Shown here piece by piece: positions 9,392 to 17,575 of a stretch of 64,000 nucleotides of DNA. Under the pieces are notes generated by a model. The model was not told the origin of the DNA. It did no database searches and was given only the letters and a program-made list of their open reading frames with translations. The translations under genes and the position numbers were made by a program. Within the stretch, counting starts at the first letter, position 1. Each line of letters opens with the position of its first letter. The DNA lies in IMG/VR virus record IMGVR_UViG_2547132424_000002; one strand, written 5' to 3'. The DNA is from a virus. Its lineage: Duplodnaviria > Caudoviricetes.

Positions 9392-9633
9392 GCGAGATCG
9401 AGCCCTCGGAGGTGATCCAGGCGGTGGAGTCCTATGTCGGGCGGGAGCTGCGCGACGCCGCGCAGTACAGCAACCGGGAGCCGTTCGACCAGTCCGGCAT
9501 CTGGTCCCTGCATCAGCTCGCCCGCGACATTTACGCGCGCGGTGTGGACGACGGGACACGGCAGGAGGCCGAGCGTCAGAGGCACCAGCAGAACCGAGAC
9601 CGGCAAGCAGCCAAGGATGCCCGCGATGTCTGA
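9388..9633 (+). CDS. Small hypothetical protein
   Basis: 81 aa coupled ORF. Confidence 0.6.
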   Translation: MSEIEPSEVIQAVESYVGRELRDAAQYSNREPFDQSGIWSLHQLARDIYARGVDDGTRQEAERQRHQQNRDRQAAKDARDV

Positions 9634-9772
9634 TCCGTCCACACGCGAGCGCTGCGGCGCCGAGTTCGATTTCTTCGAGCGCGTCGTGACGATCTGCGTC
9701 AGGCCGTCGGGCCATTCGGGCCCGCATCATCCGTGCCAACTGGCTGGAGACGAGGAGACCATCGATGCCTGA
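9626..9772 (+). CDS. Small hypothetical protein
   Basis: MSDPSTRERCGAEF...CVRPSGHSGPH; coupled. Confidence 0.5.
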   Translation: MSDPSTRERCGAEFDFFERVVTICVRPSGHSGPHHPCQLAGDEETIDA

Positions 9773-10040
9773 TCTGTCCACACGCGAGCAGATCCGCGCC
9801 GATGCGATCGAGCGGATCGCGCGCAAGATGTTCGAGATTGACCCCAGGGAACGCGAACCGTTCGATTCCGCATACCTGCCTCCCGAAGTGCGCGATCACT
9901 ACCGCAAGTACGCGGGCGTATTCGTCGATGCGCTCGGCGATCTCCTGCCCACCGCCATGGAGGGCCGCTTCATCGGTCGCGGCCTGGCCCGGCGTACCCG
10001 GTACGTGACCGACTGGCGAGAGCCGGAGGTGCCCGAGTGA
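9765..10040 (+). CDS. Hypothetical protein
   Basis: 91 aa coupled ORF. Confidence 0.6.
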   Translation: MPDLSTREQIRADAIERIARKMFEIDPREREPFDSAYLPPEVRDHYRKYAGVFVDALGDLLPTAMEGRFIGRGLARRTRYVTDWREPEVPE

Positions 10041-10591
10041 CCATCCAAGACCTCTGCGCTATCTGCCAGCACGGCGCCACGCACCACGCCAACGGCCTGC
10101 TCCTGTGCCCTGAGCACGTGAAGTCGCTGGGCGCCGACCAGCCCCGCGCGGTGCGCCGCGCGGCCGGCTATCACGGTGAACGCGCACGCCGGCTGCCTGA
10201 CCGGATGAAACTGTTCGTGGACGACGAACGCCCGGCACCGCCCGACTGGATGCTGGTCAAAACCCTCCCCGCGGCCCTCGCGGTGCTGAACGGGTTGCGC
10301 CTGTCCGGGTACGGGCTGCTGGCGATCTCGCTCGATCACGACCTGTCCACCCGGATCCAGGACTACCAGGAGGACCACACATCACGGCCGATCGTGCTGT
10401 GGATGTGCGAGAACGACTGGTGGCCCACCGAGGTGTACGTGCACACGTCGAACCCGGCTGGGGAGGAATGGCTGACCGGAATGGTCCGCCGCTACGCCCC
10501 GCCGGGCACGCTCTGCGGGTACGGCTCCAACTTCTGGGCCACCTGCCCTATCGACCCTGTCGAACGCAACGTCATACGGAAGTTCCGATGA
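10037..10591 (+). CDS. Cyclic-phosphate-processing receiver (REC-like) domain protein with short N-terminal Cys/His motif
   Basis: KLFVDDERPAP, ISLDHDL and VHTSNPAG motifs. Confidence 0.8.
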   Translation: MTIQDLCAICQHGATHHANGLLLCPEHVKSLGADQPRAVRRAAGYHGERARRLPDRMKLFVDDERPAPPDWMLVKTLPAALAVLNGLRLSGYGLLAISLDHDLSTRIQDYQEDHTSRPIVLWMCENDWWPTEVYVHTSNPAGEEWLTGMVRRYAPPGTLCGYGSNFWATCPIDPVERNVIRKFR

Positions 10592-11061
10592 GCCAAATCC
10601 ACTCCGCACACCGCCGCGCGCGGGTGCCCTCGATCGTGAACGCGCCGCGGCCACAACGTATTCAGCGCAGCCGCGCGAAAGGCGCACGCATGCCGGTCAG
10701 TGCGACCTACGTCGGCAGGCCGTCTAGGTGGGGAAACCCGTTCCGGATCTACCACAGGCACTCGGTGATCGGCCCGAAGTGGAGCGTCGTCCGCGCCACG
10801 TGGATGCACATCCCCGCCGATCAAGCCATCTACGGCTACATCACGACCAGCTCGCCTTTGCGCAGCGAAGCCGCGGTGGCTCCGTTCCGGGACCTGCTCG
10901 AGGTCCGGCGTCGCGACGAGCCGGACCGGCTGCGGGAATGGCTGGCGCCGCTCTGCGGCCGGGACCTCGCCTGCTGGTGCCCGCTCACCGACCTCAACGG
11001 TGACCGATTCTGCTGCCACGCCGACGTGCTGCTTGAGTTCGCCAACCCGGGGTGGTGCTGA
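10588..11061 (+). CDS. DUF4326 family protein
   Basis: YVGRPSRWGNPF, GRDLACWCP, CHADVL. Confidence 0.88.
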   Translation: MSQIHSAHRRARVPSIVNAPRPQRIQRSRAKGARMPVSATYVGRPSRWGNPFRIYHRHSVIGPKWSVVRATWMHIPADQAIYGYITTSSPLRSEAAVAPFRDLLEVRRRDEPDRLREWLAPLCGRDLACWCPLTDLNGDRFCCHADVLLEFANPGWC

Positions 11062-11216
11062 TGGCTGGCTGGATTACGTGCTGGGAATGCCAGGGCGACG
11101 AAGGCGAGATCGTGAACGGCGAATGGGTCGACTGCTCGTGCTGCCAGGGCGAGGGTGGGCGGCCGGTAGACGAGACCTGGCATTGCAGTTGCCAATCGCG
11201 AGAGGAGGCACGATGA
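11061..11216 (+). CDS. Small zinc-finger protein (DnaJ-type CxxCxG)
   Basis: MAGWITCWECQGDEG...CSCCQGEG; coupled on both sides. Confidence 0.6.
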   Translation: MAGWITCWECQGDEGEIVNGEWVDCSCCQGEGGRPVDETWHCSCQSREEAR

Positions 11217-11368
11217 CCGAGCGTGTCCGGCGGCTGTATATCGTTCCCGATCCGGCGCCTCCGCCTCTGTGGGTGCCTGCTCCGGAACCATCGGTGTGGC
11301 AGGCGGCCGTGGCGCAGCTGCGGGGGATATTCCTGGCCCTGATCGGCCGCCCGCCGCGTGACGGGTGA
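11213..11368 (+). CDS. Small hypothetical protein
   Basis: MTERVRRLYIV start with AGAGGAGG RBS. Confidence 0.5.
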   Translation: MTERVRRLYIVPDPAPPPLWVPAPEPSVWQAAVAQLRGIFLALIGRPPRDG

Positions 11369-11748
11369 TTGGACTCATGTTGAAGGCGGCGAGTTACTCG
11401 CTGACGGCCATGGTGTGCGACATGGTTGACGGGATGCTCGGTGGCGCCGTGGATTTGAGCGGCTGGCGCGACGAGCTCGGCACTCTCCGCGCACACGTCG
11501 CCGGACTGGAGAACCGAATGCCCTCAGGACCGCGCCGATTCGAGGCGTACACGGACTGCCCAGCATGCGGGCGGATGGATCATCACTGGCTGCGCGAGCC
11601 GCGGCCGAAACCGACACCTGGCCCGGTGCGCGTTCTGCCGGATGGCAGCGAGATCCACCGGTTCGACGGCATGTCCGGGCCGGACGAATCCATGCACGCG
11701 GTGATCCGGATCTGCCGGGACTGCGGACACGAATGGGGCGAGCGATGA
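11365..11748 (+). CDS. Zinc-ribbon hypothetical protein
   Basis: CPACG...CRDCGHEW. Confidence 0.65.
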   Translation: MIGLMLKAASYSLTAMVCDMVDGMLGGAVDLSGWRDELGTLRAHVAGLENRMPSGPRRFEAYTDCPACGRMDHHWLREPRPKPTPGPVRVLPDGSEIHRFDGMSGPDESMHAVIRICRDCGHEWGER

Positions 11749-12224
11749 ACACGAGTCTGCTGATCCCTGCGGCGGTAATCTGTGCTGCCCTCGCTGGCAT
11801 CCTGATCAGCTGGCTTGGCGAGCGATCGGGTGACAAGGAAGTCCAGCGGCTCGCCACCGCCTCGGAGCCCGACGGCGTGTACGGGCATCCGTTCGATCCG
11901 GTCGTCGAGCTGAAGAAGGAACTGCCGTCCCCGCCGCCGGGATTCATGTGGGAGCTCACCGTGGAGCGATCCGCCGAATACTGCAACGTCCTGACCCTCG
12001 GCCTGCTCCACACCGCGACCGGAAAAGTGGTGGCGTCCAAGACCGCGAACCTGACGAAGAACGGCAACCAGGAATGGCGCGCGTTGTACGGCAGCCGCCA
12101 CCGGCCTGATGTCGCCGCATGGGCGCGAGGCGTCATCGTCGACCACACGGTCGAATGGGCGCAGCGGCAGAAGAACATCCACACCCCGCCCGACGGGCCA
12201 TCACACTACGAGGTGATCGCATGA
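11745..12224 (+). CDS. Membrane-anchored hypothetical protein
   Basis: N-terminal hydrophobic helix LLIPAAVICAALAGILISWL. Confidence 0.65.
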   Translation: MNTSLLIPAAVICAALAGILISWLGERSGDKEVQRLATASEPDGVYGHPFDPVVELKKELPSPPPGFMWELTVERSAEYCNVLTLGLLHTATGKVVASKTANLTKNGNQEWRALYGSRHRPDVAAWARGVIVDHTVEWAQRQKNIHTPPDGPSHYEVIA

Positions 12225-12275
12225 GCATCGACAGACGGATCTGATGGCGACCGAGTATCCCGACTACCGACAGGA

Positions 12276-12614
12276 GTGGACAGCGTGATCGACGTCGAGG
12301 CCGTGATGGCCCTGCATTTCGAACGCCTCAAGGTGCCAGCGGACGCCCTGAACGGCGACAACACCTATCACGTGCAGATTCATTGGCTGCGCGACATCAC
12401 GCGCCGCCTCGGAATCATCCTCGAAGACGAGAGCATTCCGGACGAGGTCGCCGAACGCATTGTTCGCGGTGTGCTCTACGGCGCGCCCACCGACGAAGCG
12501 GCCCGGCTCCGTATGCGACAGCAGGACGATCGGATGCGCTGGCTTCGCGAGCACACAACCCTGGGCGCCCCCGTCGTCGATGACCTGCTCGGGAGAAAGA
12601 GCGGGCGAGAGTGA
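12276..12614 (+). CDS. Hypothetical protein
   Basis: AGGAG RBS and GTG start. Confidence 0.65.
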   Translation: MDSVIDVEAVMALHFERLKVPADALNGDNTYHVQIHWLRDITRRLGIILEDESIPDEVAERIVRGVLYGAPTDEAARLRMRQQDDRMRWLREHTTLGAPVVDDLLGRKSGRE

Positions 12615-12976
12615 GTTCAGCAATCACCGACGCGTTCCTCGCCGAGTACGCGCGCGTCTCACCGGAAGGTCGGCTCGATGTGATCGGCGGCCACACCACC
12701 GGCTGGCACACCAATGCCGGGCCCGGCTTACGGCTGGCGGCGGTCTTGTTCCTCACGCCCGACGCGGTCGCTCGGTGGCGCAAGCGCAGTGTCCAGCTGC
12801 GGACGGTAGTGACCTGCCCGGACGGAACCACCCTCGACCACGCCGATCGGATTGACCGCGGTCACCGGTTCATCGTGGCCCCGTTCGATCTGAGCCCCGC
12901 CCAGCACGGCACGTATATCGTGCGCGTCCAGCTCGCCGACGACACCGTCGATCTGCCGTTGGAGGTCAAGCCGTGA
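12611..12976 (+). CDS. Hypothetical beta-sandwich protein
   Basis: AFLAEYARVSPEGRLDVIGG; coupled. Confidence 0.65.
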   Translation: MSSAITDAFLAEYARVSPEGRLDVIGGHTTGWHTNAGPGLRLAAVLFLTPDAVARWRKRSVQLRTVVTCPDGTTLDHADRIDRGHRFIVAPFDLSPAQHGTYIVRVQLADDTVDLPLEVKP

Positions 12977-13081
12977 GCGTGGCCCCCGGACTGTTTGTCG
13001 CGGCCGGAGTCCGGCTGCTCGGCCAGGCCGTGAAACGCCGGTGTGAAATCAGTTCGGGGGCAGCGTCGATGATCCGCTACA

Positions 13082-13140
13082 GTGTCGGCACTTCCGGTGC
13101 GGAGATCCGAGGTTCCTTCACTTTTGGTTGAAACCGACAC
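13082..13140 (+). ncRNA. Candidate small structured RNA in the Y RNA cluster
   Basis: GTGTCGG/CCGACAC closing stem; inner TTCA/TGAA hairpin; TTGGTTGAAA shared with the element at 13364. Confidence 0.4.
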
Positions 13141-13182
13141 CTCGGGCACTTATTTCTCGGGAGCACAACTTCAGAGTGTGGT

Positions 13183-13319
13183 GATCGCCCGGTGTGTTGG
13201 AACTGGGGTTACTTCTTGCAGAGAAACGCGGGTTCGAATCCCGTCGGCGGCGACTGGTGTCGTCGTCGTGGCTGAGCGGCCTAAGGCACTTCCTCGGACC
13301 GTTTTTTCTCGGGCGATTC
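13183..13319 (+). ncRNA. yrlA: YrlA-type Y RNA (circularly permuted tRNA mimic)
   Basis: Closing stem GATCGCCCG/CGGGCGATT; T arm GCGGG-TTCGAAT-CCCGT (13228-13244); 10-bp acceptor-like stem closed by a TGGT loop (13245-13268); D arm TGGCTGAGCGGCCTAAGGCA (13269-13288); directly upstream of Ro60. Confidence 0.85.
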
Positions 13320-13339
13320 AGCACCTCGTGTGAGGGCCT

Positions 13340-13412
13340 GGTGCGTGGGCGGTGGATACTTCCTTGGTTGAAATCCCTTCGGGGACTGCGGGTTCGAGCC
13401 CCGCGTGTGCCA
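13340..13412 (+). ncRNA. Degenerate tRNA-like RNA (UGG anticodon-like loop)
   Basis: GU-rich 7-bp acceptor stem, weak D arm, TTC-CTTGGTT-GAA loop, TCCC-TTCG-GGGA variable arm, perfect T arm GCGGG-TTCGAGC-CCCGC. Confidence 0.6.
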
Positions 13413-13480
13413 TCGCCGATCTTTCTCAGGCTCTTCACACCACACTCTGGACACGTGCACCCCCTGACCAAGGGGACAGC

Positions 13481-15043
13481 ATGTCCAAGTTCAATACCGG
13501 CACCACCCGTCCCGTCGCGCACGGGCCGATCCGGACCGACACCACCGCCACCGGCACCACCTTCGAAGGTGCGCCCGGCTACGCGCGTGACGCGCAGTCT
13601 GAACTTTTCCTTCTCGCGGTGACGAACATGGTCGGCGAGGACACCTTCTACGAGCAGGCCAGCGACCGCGACAACCGGTTCGCTACCCTCGTCCGCCAGG
13701 TCGCGCTCACCGACTTCGACTGGCTCACCCGGTTCGCGCATTGGCTGCGCACCGAGGCCAACATGCGGTCCGCGCCGATCGTGCTCGCCGCCGAGGCCGC
13801 GAAGGCGCGTCTCGATGCAGGGGAATCCGGCGGCCGCGACATCATCAAGACGGTGCTGCAGCGCGCCGACGAGCCCGGCGAGATGCTGTCCTACTGGCAC
13901 ACCCACTACGGGCGGAAGTTGCCGAAGCCGGTCAAGCGTGGCATCGCCGACGCAGCCCGGCGCCTATACCGCGAGCGCAGCTACCTCAAGTGGGACAGCG
14001 ACACCCGCGCCATCCGGTTCGCTGACGTCATCCAGCTGACCCACCCCGATCCGGACGGCGCGCAGGCCATCGACGACCTGTACCACTATGTCATCGGCCG
14101 CCGGATCGGTGTCGAGCATCTCTCCATCCCGGACACCCTGGCGACCCTGCGCGCCAACGCCGAGTTCAAGCGCCGCACGGGTGAAGACATCGACCGGATG
14201 GCCGCCGACGGCAGCCTGGAGCAGGTGCTCGCCGACGCAGGCATGACGTGGGAGGCACTGTCGGCGTTCGGTGCCTGGACCGCGGCGCGGTGGGAGGCGA
14301 TGATCCCGTCCATGGGGTACATGGCTCTCCTGCGAAACTTGCGGAACTTCGACCAGGCAGGTGTGTCCGATGTGGTCGCGGCGACGGTCGCGGCGCGCCT
14401 GTCCGACCCGGACGAGGTGGCGCGGTCGCGGCAGTTGCCGATGCGGTTCCTGTCCGCTTACCGGGCAGCGCCGTCCCTGCGGTGGTCCTATCCGCTGGAG
14501 CAGGCGCTCGACGCATCGCTGGCGAATGTGCCGGAGCTGCAGGGCCGCACGCTGATCATGATCGACACCTCGGGTTCGATGCGCTCGGCGTTCAGCAAGG
14601 ACGGAACGCTGATGCGGTGGGATGCCGCGGTGGTGTTCGGGCTGGCTCTCGCCCGCCGCTGCCAGACCGCCGATGTGGTGTCGTACTCGAACGACGGGAT
14701 CCGGTTCCAGCTCGAGCCGGGCGAATCGTTGCTACGTTCGATCGAACGGTGGAAGACCGGCGGCTACTTCATCGGCGGGGGAACCAACACCGCCGGTGTC
14801 ACGCAGGCCGCGTACGACCGCCACGACCGCGTCGTCATCCTCACCGACGAGCAGGCGTCTGGGCGCGATCCGGGCGCGGTCATCCCGAAGACGGTTCCGC
14901 TGTACACCTGGAACCTCGCCGGACATCGGCTGGGACACACCGGTGGCGCACCGAACCGGCACGCCTTCGGCGGACTGTCAGATGCCGCGTTCAAGATGAT
15001 CCCCCTCCTCGAGCGGGGCCGTGATGCGGAGTGGCCGTTCTGA
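13481..15043 (+). CDS. rsr: Ro60/Rsr RNA-binding protein (TROVE + vWA)
   Basis: ELFLLAVTNMVGEDTFYE, MRSAP, MGYMALLRNLRN, vWA MIDTSGSM, GGGTN, VILTDEQ; ATG after AAGGGG RBS. Confidence 0.95.
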   Translation: MSKFNTGTTRPVAHGPIRTDTTATGTTFEGAPGYARDAQSELFLLAVTNMVGEDTFYEQASDRDNRFATLVRQVALTDFDWLTRFAHWLRTEANMRSAPIVLAAEAAKARLDAGESGGRDIIKTVLQRADEPGEMLSYWHTHYGRKLPKPVKRGIADAARRLYRERSYLKWDSDTRAIRFADVIQLTHPDPDGAQAIDDLYHYVIGRRIGVEHLSIPDTLATLRANAEFKRRTGEDIDRMAADGSLEQVLADAGMTWEALSAFGAWTAARWEAMIPSMGYMALLRNLRNFDQAGVSDVVAATVAARLSDPDEVARSRQLPMRFLSAYRAAPSLRWSYPLEQALDASLANVPELQGRTLIMIDTSGSMRSAFSKDGTLMRWDAAVVFGLALARRCQTADVVSYSNDGIRFQLEPGESLLRSIERWKTGGYFIGGGTNTAGVTQAAYDRHDRVVILTDEQASGRDPGAVIPKTVPLYTWNLAGHRLGHTGGAPNRHAFGGLSDAAFKMIPLLERGRDAEWPF

Positions 15044-16221
15044 TGCCGGTGACACAGTACGGCGAGAAGTTGCTGTCGTGGGCGGTCGAGTTCGACGGCG
15101 CCACGATCGAGCAGGCACGCCAGACCGCGAGTATGCCGTTCGTGGCCCCGCACGTCGCGCTCATGCCCGACGCGCACAGCGGGCGCGGCGCCGCGGTGGG
15201 AACCGTCATCCCCACCGTCGGCGCCGTGATCCCTGCGGCGGTCGGTGTCGATGTCGGCTGCGGGATGGCCGGGGTCGAGACCCGCTACACCGCAGCCGAT
15301 ATCGCCGGGAAGGACCTCGCGCTGCTGCGGGAGGCAATTGAGAAGGCCATCCCGCTCAGTCCCGGCAACTACAACGACCGGATCGGCCGTGACCATACCG
15401 CGGAGCGGATCACCGAGTTGGAGGAGCTCGCGGCCCGCAACGGTGTCGAGCTGACGCATTCGCCGAAGTGGCGCGAGCAGCTCGGATCACTCGGGGGCGG
15501 CAATCATTTCATCGAGTTGTGCCTCGACGAACGCGATCACGTCTGGCTGTTCCTGCACTCGGGGTCCCGCGGTGTCGGGAACAAGATCGCCCAACGGCAT
15601 ATCAAGATCGCGCAGAAGCTGTGCAAGCAGTGGTGGATCGATCTGCCCAGCCCAGACCTCGCGTACCTCGTCGAGGGCACACCTGAGTTCACCAGCTACA
15701 TCAAGGAACTCGCGTGGGCCCAGAAGTTCGCCGCCCTCAACCGGGCGGACATGCTCGACCGGTTCGCGACCGAGTTCGCGCGCTGGCTCGGCACCGACGA
15801 TCACGGCGAGGTCGACCGCATAATTTCGCACCACAATTACACGCGTCGTGAGCGACACATGGGCCGGGACGTGTGGCTCACCCGCAAGGGCGCCGTCGAC
15901 GCGCACGCCGGTGTCCGGTCGATGATCCCGGGCAGCATGGGCACCTCCTCGTTCGTCGTCGAGGGCAAGGGCTGTGTGCCCGCGCTGTGCTCGGCGCCGC
16001 ACGGCGCCGGTCGTCGCATGTCGCGCACCGAGGCGAAGAAGCGGTTCACCGCCGAGGACCTCGCGGCGCGGATGCAGGGCATCGAGTACCGGCATGGTGA
16101 GGAATGGGTCGATGAAATCCCCGACGCCTACAAACCGATCACCGAGGTGATGGCCGCTGCGGAGCCGCTGGTTTCGGTACTGCACCAGCTACGCCAATTG
16201 CTAAATGTGAAGGGTACATAG
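15043..16221 (+). CDS. rtcB: RtcB RNA ligase
   Basis: MPDAHSG, VGVDVGCG, GSLGGGNHFIE, HSGSRG, HHNY, RKGA, PGSMG, HGAGR, DEIPDAYK. Confidence 0.97.
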   Translation: MPVTQYGEKLLSWAVEFDGATIEQARQTASMPFVAPHVALMPDAHSGRGAAVGTVIPTVGAVIPAAVGVDVGCGMAGVETRYTAADIAGKDLALLREAIEKAIPLSPGNYNDRIGRDHTAERITELEELAARNGVELTHSPKWREQLGSLGGGNHFIELCLDERDHVWLFLHSGSRGVGNKIAQRHIKIAQKLCKQWWIDLPSPDLAYLVEGTPEFTSYIKELAWAQKFAALNRADMLDRFATEFARWLGTDDHGEVDRIISHHNYTRRERHMGRDVWLTRKGAVDAHAGVRSMIPGSMGTSSFVVEGKGCVPALCSAPHGAGRRMSRTEAKKRFTAEDLAARMQGIEYRHGEEWVDEIPDAYKPITEVMAAAEPLVSVLHQLRQLLNVKGT

Positions 16222-16225
16222 GCGA

Positions 16226-16912
16226 ATGGACACCTTGCTCCTTGAGGGCGTGGTCGGGTCGACCGCCTACGGACTCGACCACGCGGACAGCGACACCGAC
16301 TACGCCGGTATCTACCTCGAGCCCACCGAGCGGCTACTCGGTCTGCATCCGCCGAGCCGGGAGCGCGCGACCCGTAAGGGCCGTGGCGGGGCGGACGCGA
16401 CCTATCACGAGCTCGGCAAGTCGATGTCGCTGATGCTGTCGTGCAACCCGACCGCGACGGAGATCTTGTGGCTCGACAATTACACCCTCACAACCGAATT
16501 CGGTGAGGAACTGATCGGGCTGCGGCAGGGTTTCCTGTCCGCGAAACGAGTCCGTGACGCGTTCTTCGGGTACGCGACCAGCCAGTTCCACCGGTTGATC
16601 GACCGCGGCCGTTTCCAGGGGTCGCTGGAGACCCGCAGAGAGAAGCACGCCCGGCACACGATGCGGCTGTTGTGGCAGGGCTACGAGCTGTACACCACCG
16701 GTGTGCTGCCGATCCGGGTGCCGGATCCGGGACCGTATTTCGAGTTCGGCCAACGCATCGTGGGCGATCCCGAGGCGAAGGCCGCGCAGGAGCTGATCAC
16801 CCACTACCAGCTGAAGTTCGACGCTGCCCGCACCGTGCTGCCCGATGAGCCGGACGAGGCTCCGCTCGAGGATTTCCTGCAGCGGGTCCGGAAAGCGAAC
16901 ATGGCCGCATGA
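16226..16912 (+). CDS. rlaP: Pol-beta superfamily nucleotidyltransferase, RlaP (RNA ligase-associated) family
   Basis: VGSTAYGLDHADSDTDYAGIY (GS..DxD), HELGK, CNPTATEILW, KHARHTMRLL. Confidence 0.88.
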   Translation: MDTLLLEGVVGSTAYGLDHADSDTDYAGIYLEPTERLLGLHPPSRERATRKGRGGADATYHELGKSMSLMLSCNPTATEILWLDNYTLTTEFGEELIGLRQGFLSAKRVRDAFFGYATSQFHRLIDRGRFQGSLETRREKHARHTMRLLWQGYELYTTGVLPIRVPDPGPYFEFGQRIVGDPEAKAAQELITHYQLKFDAARTVLPDEPDEAPLEDFLQRVRKANMAA

Positions 16913-17511
16913 CGAACGTCTGGTTCACCTCGGACCTGCACATCGGTCATCGCATGGTCGCCGAACTCCGCGGCTTCACCGACCCGGCCGACCACGATGA
17001 CGCTCTGGCCGCGAACTGGGACCGGGTCGTGCGGCCGGATCATCAGGTGTGGGTGCTCGGCGATATCTCGGTGGGCGGAAAGGCCAACGAGATCCGTGCA
17101 CTGGAATGGATCGCGGCCCGGCCCGGGACGAAACACCTCGTGGCCGGCAACCACGACTCGTGTCACCCGTACCGCAGCCAGGCGCACAAATGGCAGCGCA
17201 TCTACCTCGATGCGGCGTTCGCGTCGGTGCAGCAGTCCGCGGTCCGGAAGATCGCCGGGCAGCGGGTGTTACTGTCGCACTTCCCGTTCCAGGGCAGCGA
17301 GGACGGCGACCACACCGCAGAGAATCGGTTCGAGGAATGGCGGCTCCCCCGCATCGGCGAGAACACGTCACGGTGGCTCCTGCACGGGCACACGCACTCC
17401 CGAGACCCGGGCCACGGCCCGCAGCTGCATGTCGGTCTCGACGCGCATGCTCTCGCACCGGTGCCGCTGGATTGGGTCGAGTACATGATCGAGAGCGACC
17501 CGCCGTTCTGA
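16909..17511 (+). CDS. Calcineurin-like metallophosphoesterase
   Basis: FTSDLHIGH, VLGD, AGNHD, LSHFP, LHGHTH. Confidence 0.93.
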   Translation: MTNVWFTSDLHIGHRMVAELRGFTDPADHDDALAANWDRVVRPDHQVWVLGDISVGGKANEIRALEWIAARPGTKHLVAGNHDSCHPYRSQAHKWQRIYLDAAFASVQQSAVRKIAGQRVLLSHFPFQGSEDGDHTAENRFEEWRLPRIGENTSRWLLHGHTHSRDPGHGPQLHVGLDAHALAPVPLDWVEYMIESDPPF

Positions 17512-17515
17512 CCGG

Positions 17516-17555
17516 CTACAGATCACCACAGACGAATACAGATCACTACAGATCC
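17516..17555 (+). repeat. Four tandem imperfect 10-bp repeats
   Basis: CTACAGATCA CCACAGACGA ATACAGATCA CTACAGATCC. Confidence 0.75.
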
Positions 17556-17575
17556 CTGGAGAGGGCGAACAGACC

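Noticed and set aside
13340-13412. Functional tRNA-Pro(UGG)
   Set aside because: Four G-U pairs in the acceptor stem, no proper D stem, a 3-bp anticodon stem, U at position 37 and a class II variable arm atypical of Pro. Kept only as tRNA-like.
13352-13480. Longer N-terminus for Ro60 from the ORF track
   Set aside because: It overlaps the tRNA-like element; the ATG at 13481 has an RBS and a typical MSKFN start.
17516-17555. CRISPR array
   Set aside because: 10-bp tandem units with no spacers, and no cas genes in the window.
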